From an uncultured Acidimicrobiales bacterium (GTDB lineage Bacteria > Actinomycetota > Acidimicrobiia > Acidimicrobiales > SHLQ01): 62,665 nt of DNA. How positions within the stretch are numbered: the first letter of the stretch is position 1; every line of letters begins with the position of its first letter. Positions 19,516-28,652 of the stretch are shown here, in pieces. The notes beneath the pieces were generated by a model. That model was not told where the DNA came from. It worked only from the letters and a program-made list of their open reading frames with translations, and made no database searches. A program made the translations under genes and the position numbers. The stretch spans positions 1-62,665 of the forward strand of contig CAYTUB010000004.1 in assembly GCA_964441145.1 (NCBI GenBank). Reading direction: 5' to 3'.

Positions 19516-20000
19516 GCGTCGCGTACTCCATCGACCAGCGGCGGTTCGGTCGACCAAGGGAACTCAATCCATTGATCCGTGCGCTTCCACACGTACTCAC
19601 ACTTAATGAGCGAATGCGGCTTCTCGTAGAGACATGCCGATCGAACGTCGCCAACAACATCGGAGCAGAAGTCGTGCACGTGTCGCAAGGTGTGACCCGT
19701 ATCGGCCACGTCATCGGCGATGAGAACCTTGGAATCGGTGAGGTCGAACTTGTCCAAGTAGGGAGGCAAGGTCGTCGGCACATCGAGGCGTTCGTCGACT
19801 CCGGTATAGAACTCGACGTTCATCACGTAGAGGTTCTTCACCGATAGCGCATACCCCAGTGACCCAGCGACAAAGAGACCGCCGCGTGCGATGGCCAAGA
19901 TGATGTCTGGGCGGTAACCGTCGTCTGCGACCCGTCCGGCAAGTTCGCGTGCTGCGCTGCCGTAGGTGGCCCAATCGAGGTGCTCTCGTTGCTCACTCAT
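19512..20000 (-). CDS. Purine phosphoribosyltransferase family protein
   Basis: PRPP-binding loop KVLIADDVADTGHTL in a 162-aa protein of Gpt/Hpt size. Confidence 0.8.
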   Translation of the reverse strand: MSEQREHLDWATYGSAARELAGRVADDGYRPDIILAIARGGLFVAGSLGYALSVKNLYVMNVEFYTGVDERLDVPTTLPPYLDKFDLTDSKVLIADDVADTGHTLRHVHDFCSDVVGDVRSACLYEKPHSLIKCEYVWKRTDQWIEFPWSTEPPLVDGVRDA

Positions 20001-20024
20001 GAGCCATGAGACTACTCAGTGTTT

Positions 20025-21578
20025 TCAGTAGACCCCAGCCAGCCACCAGCATTGATCTTCGAGGAACACAAGGACGGCACCGCCATGCTCGTCAACGACT
20101 TGAAACCGAGCCCTGCGACGAGATCGTTCCGCGTCCCACCATCGTTCATCGAGGAGCCACGGACCGGCCCATGACTCGATCTTTCGCCAGTCAGATTTGA
20201 GCCCACGAATGTACGCGGGTTCAGCGGTGAGTTCCCCTCGACCGTTTACGCCTATCAATCGATAATCACCATCGACAAGCTCTATTGGGGTTTGCGTAAA
20301 GAGCTCAGCGGGAGACGGCGCCGACAAAGCACCTGGCCATGGCCGGTCATTAGGTTGGACGACGCGCCGGTCGGTGAGATCGATCGAACCTGCCGGGAGT
20401 AGTTCGATCTGATCGCTGGGTTCGCGCCCGCCACGCAGTTCGGCCAGTTGCACGTTGTGCACGCCAAGCAACCCTTCCAGGCGAGCGACCGCTCGCCCGG
20501 CACGTTGATCTGCTTCGGTCTCTCCTCCCCAGAAACCGAGTTGGCGCCCACCGGCAGCAACGAGATCATCGGGACGCAAGGAAAGCCGACTGAGCCCGCC
20601 CGTAGGACGAATCTGTGGTGCGGCCTGCAACCAGCCATCGAGTTGCCATCGAACCCGGTCGGTCATAGCTCCCACCGATAGCGCACCTTCGTGACGCCAA
20701 CTTCTGGTGAAGGACTCCCCATGTTCGCTCTCGGCAATGACGGTGACTCTGGTGCATGCCGAACCTCGACGTTCGAGTTTTTCGCTCAGTCCCACCGCCA
20801 CGTGGCGTGCGGCAAAGGCTGCTTGGTCGATCCGCTCTACCGGTGGTTCTAGCTCGATGGTCACCTCCATGTCTTCGGGAGGGTCGGTCACATCTGCACG
20901 TTGTTCGTCGAGCCCGGATGCTCGTCGGTGCGCTTGGAGGCCCTCCCTCCCAAACCTTCCCAAGACATCGGCGACATCGAGGATGGCGAACTCCCCCAGC
21001 GTCCGGATACCGAGACGCCACAACACGTCGGTGAGATCGGGTCGGTCGAGTGTCGTGATCCCCAGCGGAGCAAGAAATGCTGCGCTCGCTCCGGGTTCGA
21101 TGACTCGGACACCTGAGCCATGACGGCGAGAGGCCAATCGAGCAGCGAAGATACCGTCGGCTATGCCTATGTGGCACGTGGTGCGGTCGCCAAGCACCGC
21201 GGTTACGGCATCACATATCTGCTCCCCGAGTGCGCGGTCACCTCCGAAATAGCGTGATGGCCCGCGGGTCAAGAAGAGACACGTCCCCGCGTTTGTGAGT
21301 TCGAGCCGCGGGGTGAAGGTTTCGATGACGGATGCGACCTCTTCAAAGGTTCGGACCTCGCGGGCGATATCTCTCTCGGCCACCACGAGTTCGGGACATC
21401 GACTCTGGGCCTCGCGTCGCCGCAGCCCGCGCACCACACCTACGCTTCGCGCGGTTGAGGAGGACGCGACCACGCGGTTGGCATGGAGAACGGCTCCTGG
21501 TTCTGATGCTGGGATTCCCGATGCGACGACCGGCCAATCCGGACACCACACGCAGGCCACTCGTTCGGGTGCAACCAC
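20025..21578 (-). CDS. imuB: Y-family polymerase-like ImuB
   Basis: 517 aa. N-terminus VACVWCPDWPVVA... has a Y-family fold pattern. It sits immediately downstream of an ImuA'-like gene behind an SOS box. The GTG start overlaps the imuA' stop by 1 nt. Confidence 0.82.
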   Translation of the reverse strand: MVAPERVACVWCPDWPVVASGIPASEPGAVLHANRVVASSSTARSVGVVRGLRRREAQSRCPELVVAERDIAREVRTFEEVASVIETFTPRLELTNAGTCLFLTRGPSRYFGGDRALGEQICDAVTAVLGDRTTCHIGIADGIFAARLASRRHGSGVRVIEPGASAAFLAPLGITTLDRPDLTDVLWRLGIRTLGEFAILDVADVLGRFGREGLQAHRRASGLDEQRADVTDPPEDMEVTIELEPPVERIDQAAFAARHVAVGLSEKLERRGSACTRVTVIAESEHGESFTRSWRHEGALSVGAMTDRVRWQLDGWLQAAPQIRPTGGLSRLSLRPDDLVAAGGRQLGFWGGETEADQRAGRAVARLEGLLGVHNVQLAELRGGREPSDQIELLPAGSIDLTDRRVVQPNDRPWPGALSAPSPAELFTQTPIELVDGDYRLIGVNGRGELTAEPAYIRGLKSDWRKIESWAGPWLLDERWWDAERSRRRARFQVVDEHGGAVLVFLEDQCWWLAGVY

Positions 21579-22312
21579 TAGCTGACTATCGAAAGAACCG
21601 GGTCTGCTGTGTCACGGGCCGAGGCTGTCTTGGCTGTCTCGGTGACGGCACACACTGCTCCGTCGACGTCGGGCACCATAAACAACCCGTTGCGCGTACG
21701 TCCCTGCGCTCGGCGCCCCGATACCGAAACGCTGATCGCACGAGATTCAAGGCGTCCGTGCCCGTTCCCCAACCCGTTCCAGCTAACCGGATGGACATCG
21801 AAGGCAACATCGGCGTCAACGGGGATTGGATCTCGTGTGGGTGCCGCCGGGCCACATGTCAGTTGCAGCAATATGGTTCCGCGCTCCCGGCACCGTGAGG
21901 TGAGCTTGCGATAGATGTTCGGTTGGACTCGATGTCGAGGGGTTCCGTACACAATCGCATCGACAGATCCAATAAGGGCGCTCATGGTTGCAGCCCAGTT
22001 CTTGGCATCGACGCCAGAGACAACAACGACCCGTTCGATCGACAGCCCAACCTCGCTCGCTGCCGAAAGGCTGACTCCGGGAACATCGACCGCAGCTATC
22101 CATCCCCCGCTACGGGTGACCTCGCTTAAGAGCGCCCAGGCAAAAACACGTCCCGACGCTGACCCGGTTACCTTTGTTGCCCACCCACGTTGCAGGCCTA
22201 CACCCGGCAAGACGTCATGAAACACCTTGGGCACGGGGATGAGTAATTCCTTGGCCAAGACGACCGGGGCGATCTTGTCGATATCGGCGAGCTGATGAGC
22301 GGAGAGAGCCAT
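21578..22312 (-). CDS. imuA': ImuA'-like (RecA-fold) SOS mutagenesis cassette protein
   Basis: 244 aa. ...GLQRGWATKVTGSASGRVFAWALLSEV...IAAVDVPG... is typical of ImuA'. Its position is upstream of imuB, with a LexA box 9 nt upstream of the start. Confidence 0.72.
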   Translation of the reverse strand: MALSAHQLADIDKIAPVVLAKELLIPVPKVFHDVLPGVGLQRGWATKVTGSASGRVFAWALLSEVTRSGGWIAAVDVPGVSLSAASEVGLSIERVVVVSGVDAKNWAATMSALIGSVDAIVYGTPRHRVQPNIYRKLTSRCRERGTILLQLTCGPAAPTRDPIPVDADVAFDVHPVSWNGLGNGHGRLESRAISVSVSGRRAQGRTRNGLFMVPDVDGAVCAVTETAKTASARDTADPVLSIVS

Positions 22313-22321
22313 TCCCCAGTA

Positions 22322-22336
22322 TCGAACATGTGTTCG
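22322..22336. promoter_or_regulatory. LexA SOS box (actinobacterial/Gram-positive type)
   Basis: TCGAACATGTGTTCG matches TCGAAC-N4-GTTCGA. It lies in the divergent intergenic region between imuA' and the 22426 gene. Confidence 0.8.
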
Positions 22337-22425
22337 CTTTCCGCAAATCTTTGCATATCAGCTTGCTTTTAGACAGGAAGTGCGTTTCAATGCATTTCAG
22401 TAATCTTGGGCATTTCAGGGGTGAA

Positions 22426-22863
22426 ATGATGCAAACTTCGACCGACACTGTGGACCAACAAGCGATCGACGCGATCAACACAGAGATCTCGTTTCTCAAC
22501 AACGGCCTTGGCTATTGGATCGGGGAAGAGGTGGAGCACAACAACCGGGCCACAAAGCTGAGAGAGACCGCAGACGGCATCGACCTCAACGCTGCACCCC
22601 TCCAGAACATCCTTCGCCCGATCTGGGATTTCCACACCTCGAACACCTGGGAAGGCGGTGCCGCAACGCGAAGCCGTACACGCCTCGGCACCCACGAAGA
22701 CCGGATTCGCGACGTCATTACCACCCTCAACCGACTTGTTACAGACCTTGACGCCGAAGCCGCTCTCGAGGAGGGCTTGGCCTCTGAAGCCGGTGCACAA
22801 GTCAGCGCGTTTCGGGTACAGCTCAGTAGCGCCAGAACCGAACTCGCCGAGCTCCGAGAGTAG
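22426..22863 (+). CDS. Small helical protein with WXG-like motif, unknown function
   Basis: About 145 aa starting MMQTST... It has a central NTWEGGAATR flanked by predicted long helices. The start at 22426 is preferred over the ORF-track start at 22330. Confidence 0.5.
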   Translation: MMQTSTDTVDQQAIDAINTEISFLNNGLGYWIGEEVEHNNRATKLRETADGIDLNAAPLQNILRPIWDFHTSNTWEGGAATRSRTRLGTHEDRIRDVITTLNRLVTDLDAEAALEEGLASEAGAQVSAFRVQLSSARTELAELRE

Positions 22864-22879
22864 ACATCTGCCACGACTG

Positions 22880-22909
22880 CACCGAGTTGCGAATTCTTCG
22901 AACTCGGTG
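22880..22909 (+). promoter_or_regulatory. Intercistronic hairpin
   Basis: CACCGAGTT-12 nt-AACTCGGTG, extendable to about 13 bp with one bulge. It starts 17 nt after the stop at 22863. No U-tract. Confidence 0.45.
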
Positions 22910-22965
22910 AGCGCTACACCCCGCTTGATGTGACGTAGGTCAAATGATTCATAGTCTGCTGAAAC

Positions 22966-24774
22966 GTGCCGACAATGCCGAAGATGCATGTTTGCGCCAT
23001 CTGGCCTAGGCGGTGGGCGGTTTCTGTCCTCATTGTCGCGCTCGCCATGTCGGCAATCGTGGCGGCCCCAGCGGGAGCGCAAACCACCGGCCCCATCCCT
23101 GAGCCCGACATCGATGACCTCCTCGGCTACACCATCTCCGGCACCCCCTTTACTGACGATGAACCGTGGGTCGACCCCGTAGAAATCGTCGGCCTCGATC
23201 CAAGCAACCTTGCACCGGCGCCAGAATTTGACCGGCTCGCTCTCCACGACAGCACGGTGTTCGCATCCGGAGTGGACCTGGTCTCGGTCGGTGGTGAACG
23301 CCTCGATGAACTCGCCGCCCGACATGTGCGGGTACTGCAAACCATCGCAACCTTGGACCGCGACATCGATGAACTCGCTGAAGAAGTCGATGACCTCCGT
23401 CCTCGTGCCAATCGGCTCGTCGGTCAAATCACTCGTGAGCGCGAGAACGAAACCCGGTTGGCCGAGGAAATAGATGTGCTCGAAAGGGCTGTCGCTGAAT
23501 ATGCAGTCCGGACCTTCATCTTCCAGGAAGACCTCGACACCGCACTCACCGAGCCAGACACCGAGATCAGCGAGAACCGCGTGGTCTCCGACACAGTCCG
23601 CTCCGATCACTTCGATCAACTCGAGGAGCGTCGCAGCGAACTCGCCGAACGCAGGGAGCGTCGCGGCGGTTACGAAGACGACCTCGGCGAGGTGCGCGGC
23701 CAACTCGAGGAACTTCGAACCGAACGTCTTGAGCTATTGCGGCAGCGCCTCGACATCTCGACGTTGACCGATCGCACCGAAGCCACATACCTGGTGGAGC
23801 TTCACACAAGGCTTGTCCAATTCGTCGAAGGAACCGACATCCCCCTCGTTGCGCTGAACGCCTATGTCATCGCATCTCGGACGCTGGCCGAAGAACAACC
23901 CCAGTGTGGAATCAGATGGTCGATGCTTGCCGGCATTGGACGCATCGAATCGTTCCACGGCCACTTCGCTGATTCCACTCTCGATATCAACGGACACACC
24001 ACCGAAGACATTCGCGGCCCGGCCCTCGACGGGCGAATTCTCGAAGGTGGCGAATTCGTCGGCCCCGATGGCGAGGCTCCCGACCCGACCGCACGCACCG
24101 AAACATTGCCGGTTCCGCAGACTCCCGGACCTGGCGAACCGCCGACCGGGGAAAACCCACCAGAAGCCATCGCCTCGGCACCGGCCACTGAACCTGACAC
24201 GGCCGCTGCCGATAACGCCGAGGGTCCTGGAGACACCGGCGAGGGCGACGAGACCGAGGAGGGCCAAGAGACCGGACCTACGCCAGTCATTCGACGGCTC
24301 GCCCTGATCGAAGACAGCGACGATGGGCTCCTCGACGGAGACACAACCTTTGATCGCGCCGTCGGGCCAATGCAGTTCATTCCGTCAACGTGGCGCCTCT
24401 TCGCCCAAGACGGAAACCTCGACGAAGAGCTCGACCCACAAAACATCTACGACGCATCGCTCGCGTCTGCCCGCTACCTCTGTGCGGCAACCTCGACGAT
24501 GACCACGGTCGACGGCGAACTTCGTGCCTACTTTGCCTACAACCACGATCAGCAATACAGCAGAGACGTTCGTGCTGCGGGACTGCGATATAGCGGTCTC
24601 ATCGACGTTCCAGAGCCCGACGAGCCAGCTGAGGAATCCACCGACGGCAACTCCTCAGCCGCCACATTCCCCCTCGGCATCGCCGATCCCGAGCGGGTGT
24701 CACTGGTTGGTCAGGTGCGCGAGCAGCAACGCGGTTTCGATGGCCTCGCCCCTTGGACTTTCCCTGCAGAGTGA
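22966..24774 (+). CDS. Secreted coiled-coil protein with MltB-like (SLT_2) lytic transglycosylase domain
   Basis: Signal peptide ...AAPAGAQT, then about 230 aa of heptad-like E/R/L-rich sequence. Catalytic-type block WSMLAGIGRIESFHG and, later, GPMQFIPSTW...YDASLASARYLC, separated by an acidic/Pro-rich insertion. Confidence 0.8.
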   Translation: MPTMPKMHVCAIWPRRWAVSVLIVALAMSAIVAAPAGAQTTGPIPEPDIDDLLGYTISGTPFTDDEPWVDPVEIVGLDPSNLAPAPEFDRLALHDSTVFASGVDLVSVGGERLDELAARHVRVLQTIATLDRDIDELAEEVDDLRPRANRLVGQITRERENETRLAEEIDVLERAVAEYAVRTFIFQEDLDTALTEPDTEISENRVVSDTVRSDHFDQLEERRSELAERRERRGGYEDDLGEVRGQLEELRTERLELLRQRLDISTLTDRTEATYLVELHTRLVQFVEGTDIPLVALNAYVIASRTLAEEQPQCGIRWSMLAGIGRIESFHGHFADSTLDINGHTTEDIRGPALDGRILEGGEFVGPDGEAPDPTARTETLPVPQTPGPGEPPTGENPPEAIASAPATEPDTAAADNAEGPGDTGEGDETEEGQETGPTPVIRRLALIEDSDDGLLDGDTTFDRAVGPMQFIPSTWRLFAQDGNLDEELDPQNIYDASLASARYLCAATSTMTTVDGELRAYFAYNHDQQYSRDVRAAGLRYSGLIDVPEPDEPAEESTDGNSSAATFPLGIADPERVSLVGQVREQQRGFDGLAPWTFPAE

Positions 24775-24805
24775 GCGCACGCCCACCCGCTCCTAGCATG
24801 GGGAC

Positions 24806-25432
24806 ATGCACGAGATAGGCGTTGGCCCTCACCCCGAACCTTGGCCGACCGGGGAGCATTTCGACGAGGAGCTTCTCGCCGAAGGCGATCGCCGCAACGT
24901 GGTTGACAAATACCGGTACTGGACGAGAGAAGCCATCGTGGCCGATCTTGACGGCACCCGAAGTCCGCTGCACATCGCGATCGAGAACTGGGAGCACGAC
25001 TTCAACATTGGAACCGTTGTGCGCAACGCCAACGCCTTCAATACCGCTGGTGTCCATATCGTCGGAAAGCGGCGCTGGAATCGCCGCGGCGCAATGGTCA
25101 CCGACCGCTATCACCACGTGCATCACCACGAGACGGTCGATGACTTCGTCGCCTGGGCTGGCTCGCAAGAACTCGCTGTCATCGGCATCGACAACTTGCC
25201 GGGATCGGTCCCCATCGAACACACCTCGCTCCCTGAAGCGTGCGTGATGGTGTTTGGTCAGGAAGGTCCCGGGCTATCAGCCGCCGTGCGCGACGTTGCC
25301 GACATGGTGTGTTCCATTAGCCAGTTCGGGTCGACGCGCTCGATCAACGCTGGCGTCGCTTCAGGGATAGCCATGCACAGTTGGATAACCCAACACCGCT
25401 TAGGGGAGATTGACCCTCAGCCTTCGACTTGA
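24806..25432 (+). CDS. SpoU/TrmH-family RNA 2'-O-methyltransferase
   Basis: NIGTVVRNANAF, VFGQEGPGLS and QFGSTRSINAGVASGIAMH. Confidence 0.85.
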   Translation: MHEIGVGPHPEPWPTGEHFDEELLAEGDRRNVVDKYRYWTREAIVADLDGTRSPLHIAIENWEHDFNIGTVVRNANAFNTAGVHIVGKRRWNRRGAMVTDRYHHVHHHETVDDFVAWAGSQELAVIGIDNLPGSVPIEHTSLPEACVMVFGQEGPGLSAAVRDVADMVCSISQFGSTRSINAGVASGIAMHSWITQHRLGEIDPQPST

Positions 25433-25749
25433 GCCATGAGCTCTTCGTCGGAGGGGATCTCTACGCCGGGCACGTAGTACGTGTAGAGATCGATGATGAT
25501 CTCTTTGAGACCCGTTGCATCGTTGCCGTCAAGATCCACGGTCACGACATTGGAGTTGATGGCGACCGATGCGACCTGCCCGGTGGCAAGCAGGCGACGT
25601 GCGAGCTCATCTGCGGGACGATCGCCAATAATCTCGTCCCTCGCCGCGAAGCGTTCGTGCCCCATTCCGGTGAGCGCACGGTTGAGCACGTAGCGGACAA
25701 TGCCCGGACGATTCGAGTGCTTTTCAATAACGGAGACCAGCTGACCCAT
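25417..25749 (-). CDS. Nfu_N-like (NifU N-terminal-type) small protein
   Basis: 110 aa. The pattern SNRPGIVRYVLN...LARRLLATGQVASVAINSNVVTVDL resembles the Nfu N-terminal domain. This is a weak call. Confidence 0.45.
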   Translation of the reverse strand: MGQLVSVIEKHSNRPGIVRYVLNRALTGMGHERFAARDEIIGDRPADELARRLLATGQVASVAINSNVVTVDLDGNDATGLKEIIIDLYTYYVPGVEIPSDEELMAQVEG

Positions 25750-25759
25750 ACCTGTGATG

Positions 25760-26179
25760 TTACCCGACTAGGGCTGCGCGCAGGCCCTTGGCATCGCGAA
25801 CTCGCGGGTGCTCGAGTAGTGCACGGACACTCAAAAAGACGGTGACGAGCCAGAGCACGGTGTGCACAACTTTGAAACCCACCGTCCATTCATCGCTGAC
25901 CAAGATCACCGGGCCTCGAAAGGTCCATCGGGCAATACCGAGCACCACCAGGACGAGTAGAGGCGTCCACTGCAACTGTCGACGAAGCACGCCAGCTCCA
26001 ACGATCACACCAAGCGCAACAAAGACCGCAGCTATGACAATCGCACTCACCCGGTCGGCCCCAACCAGCTCATCGTCGGCGAGCGCGTTGCGAAGACGAC
26101 TGCCCCAAATGCCTACGGTCCAGAGCGCCAGCGCTCCACGCCACGACACCACGGGGGCTTCACTCTTCGGCGAACTCAT
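25760..26179 (-). CDS. Small membrane protein, unknown function
   Basis: 139 aa with four hydrophobic helices. Its start overlaps the rnhB stop (26176-26179). Confidence 0.6.
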   Translation of the reverse strand: MSSPKSEAPVVSWRGALALWTVGIWGSRLRNALADDELVGADRVSAIVIAAVFVALGVIVGAGVLRRQLQWTPLLVLVVLGIARWTFRGPVILVSDEWTVGFKVVHTVLWLVTVFLSVRALLEHPRVRDAKGLRAALVG

Positions 26180-26874
26180 ATAAACAGTGTTCCCTGACCG
26201 TCGTCAGGTTCCACCCGACGCAAGCCACGCCACGCAAGCGAATCCATAAACGCCCAACTTTGTCGATGAATCGGGCTCGGCCCGACGAACTGCAACGCGG
26301 AGCGATGACGATGGCACGGATAGCCCTTGTTCTCTGCCAACGCATACCAGGGGTACTCATCATCGAGCGAACGCATCATCCGGTCGCGGGTCACCTTGGC
26401 CAAGATGCTCGCCGCGGCGATCGACAGGCTGACCCGTTCACCCTTCACGATGGTTCGCGCTCGCCCACCACCGACGAAATCCCACTTGCCGTCGACGAGC
26501 ACCCGGTCAGCGTTTGCGCCGAGTCCATCGAGTGCACGACGACACGCAAGACGTTGAGCCTCAGACATGCCAAGTTCATCGCATTCGGCTGGCGATGCAT
26601 GGCCAATCGCCCACGCGTCACACCAGTCGGCGATGCGGTCGAACATGGACTCTCGCTCGTCCTCGGTCAACAGTTTGGAATCACGAACCTTGTAGATACG
26701 TCGATCCTTCGGCACGATCACGGCGCCGACACTAAGGGGTCCTGCCCAGGCTCCCTTACCGACCTCGTCGACACCGACGACGATGTCGTATCCGGATTCC
26801 CACATCTCGTTTTCGACGCTCAGACCCGGCGATGACTTCTTGAGCGATCCTCGGAGCTGGCGAACCTTTGTCAC
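26176..26874 (-). CDS. rnhB: Ribonuclease HII
   Basis: VVGVDEVGKGAWAGPLSVGAV, DSKLLT, and the GYP..H C-terminal pattern. Confidence 0.92.
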   Translation of the reverse strand: MTKVRQLRGSLKKSSPGLSVENEMWESGYDIVVGVDEVGKGAWAGPLSVGAVIVPKDRRIYKVRDSKLLTEDERESMFDRIADWCDAWAIGHASPAECDELGMSEAQRLACRRALDGLGANADRVLVDGKWDFVGGGRARTIVKGERVSLSIAAASILAKVTRDRMMRSLDDEYPWYALAENKGYPCHRHRSALQFVGPSPIHRQSWAFMDSLAWRGLRRVEPDDGQGTLFI

Positions 26875-28628
26875 TGCGGACCACCGGGCGGAACCGAAAG
26901 CAGCACTTCACCCGACGAGTCGATGGACTCGAAATCGAGGTCGAGGCGACTGCAGGTGATACGAGTCCCTTCGGGAACGTCACCATCGAACTCCCACAGG
27001 AGCGCTGGTCGAGCGCCGTGCCACCGCAACGCACAGGACAACCGCGATCCAGCAACTGGCAACCGACGAAAGCTCAGGCTCTGGCCGTACCAATCCGGGC
27101 GCATTCCTGGAAGCAAGTCGATCGTGTGCGCACCCTGGTCGACGTCGAGTGCATAGCACCAACTCACGAGGGCGATCGCGAGTTGCGCCCTCACGTGAGG
27201 GCTATCGCCGCAGCCATCACGCGACCAGCGCCACGATGAACCGGCCTGACCCCGAAGCGCGACCAGAGGTTCGGAGGGTGCGCCCCGGAGCGCACTGGCG
27301 ATCATCTCGATCGACACCGCTTCAGGAGTCTTTGGACGATCAGCGTGGTTCAGCTCTTCGGTGTTGACCGTAGAGCTGGTGAGAAATCCGTGGCGAAGTA
27401 GCGCGTTCAGGTTGGCGCCCTGGGGTTGCTTGCCGGTGATTTGGGCGGCGTCTGAGGCTGCGTCGGGTCCGTTGGAGATGGCGATCGCCTCCACCAATCG
27501 TTCGGCGAGGGCTGCATTGTGCGACGTCGACAGCACGTGGCCGACAACGGCCGCCACCGCTTCCCGCTCGTGAACCAAAACCGCGTCACCCTCGGCCGTG
27601 CCTGCGATTCCGGCAATCGCCGCTGCGACATCGATCCAGTGGTCGCGTCCAAGCGCACCGGTAACGACACCCGAGAGAAGCCCGGCGGTTATACGGACAC
27701 CGGAGTCTCCGAGTCCAATCGCAGCCAACGCGGACACGATGATCGCGTCGTCGCTCACCTGCCAGCTTCGATCCCCCATTGGGCGGCCAGTGTGGGCAGC
27801 GGCACCCAAAAGGCTGGAGCTGAGCGAGGCAAACAAATGCGCGGGCCAACGCGGCAATTCGATTTCGGCTGCATTGCCGATGTGATGCTTCCAGCCGCGA
27901 ACGACCGCATCGAGCGGCGCTGGCGCAACCGTTGCCTCTTCGCGTCCATCGAGTATTTGCAGGGTCCGGTCGACACCAGGTGTTAGCGGGATGACCGCGG
28001 CAAGCGACGCCGCCCCGCTGGGGTCGCTCATCTCCCATGAGTCCGCGCTTTCCCCCGTGGGCAGCGAGAGTGCCTTCAGGACCGCCGGCTCCTCCCGACT
28101 GAGGTCTTGCGCTGTTGCACAGTCGCCGGGTACTCGACCAATGTCGACCACCGGGCGGCCGTTGGCGACGATCAGTGAATCGACGCAGCGAATCGTCTCG
28201 ATAGTCCCGGACTCGATTGCTCTGAAGGGGCGAACGACTACAGCTGCGATTACGGCATCGTCGGTCTCGTTGCTGAGGTGGACATTGATACGCCCCTTGC
28301 CATCCCCCGACTCATCGGCCCATGCGGTCTGAACCACATCGGATTCTCCGACTCTTTGACGCGTCTCGATGACGGGCAGACCATCGCTGCGACGTTGCCG
28401 CACGCCATCTCCGCTTCCGCCACGCAACCAACGTTCGCCGACACCAAACCAGACCTCTACGGACAGCCCTCGCCGGTGCGGATACAGCGCTCCCCGGTCG
28501 TCGACGACGCCTACTGCGCCGACATCGAGGGTGTACAACGAGTTCCATGTCGAAATGGCATCATCGGCGATTGGAGCAACATTGGCCGATGGCTCGGTGC
28601 GGGAAAGCCGGTCACGGAGAGACCTCAT
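26871..28628 (-). CDS. Large conserved-looking protein of unknown function
   Basis: About 585 aa from the ATG at 28628 (MRSLRDRL...). The ORF-track start at 28826 would overlap divergent cofC. The stop overlaps the rnhB start. No motif recognised. Confidence 0.6.
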   Translation of the reverse strand: MRSLRDRLSRTEPSANVAPIADDAISTWNSLYTLDVGAVGVVDDRGALYPHRRGLSVEVWFGVGERWLRGGSGDGVRQRRSDGLPVIETRQRVGESDVVQTAWADESGDGKGRINVHLSNETDDAVIAAVVVRPFRAIESGTIETIRCVDSLIVANGRPVVDIGRVPGDCATAQDLSREEPAVLKALSLPTGESADSWEMSDPSGAASLAAVIPLTPGVDRTLQILDGREEATVAPAPLDAVVRGWKHHIGNAAEIELPRWPAHLFASLSSSLLGAAAHTGRPMGDRSWQVSDDAIIVSALAAIGLGDSGVRITAGLLSGVVTGALGRDHWIDVAAAIAGIAGTAEGDAVLVHEREAVAAVVGHVLSTSHNAALAERLVEAIAISNGPDAASDAAQITGKQPQGANLNALLRHGFLTSSTVNTEELNHADRPKTPEAVSIEMIASALRGAPSEPLVALRGQAGSSWRWSRDGCGDSPHVRAQLAIALVSWCYALDVDQGAHTIDLLPGMRPDWYGQSLSFRRLPVAGSRLSCALRWHGARPALLWEFDGDVPEGTRITCSRLDLDFESIDSSGEVLLSVPPGGPQ

Positions 28629-28652
28629 GGGTCGAAACCCTAGACTCGTCCC

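Noticed and set aside
20025-22312. Expectation of a dnaE2 gene completing the imuA'-imuB-dnaE2 cassette.
   Set aside because: No C-family polymerase ORF is present downstream. The next gene is a phosphoribosyltransferase. The absence is recorded rather than a feature called.
22387-23703. 438-aa ORF on the minus strand opposite the WXG-like and transglycosylase genes.
   Set aside because: The translation is compositionally odd (R/G/H/C-rich, no motifs). The plus strand carries clear signal-peptide and SLT motifs. This is a typical high-G+C shadow ORF.
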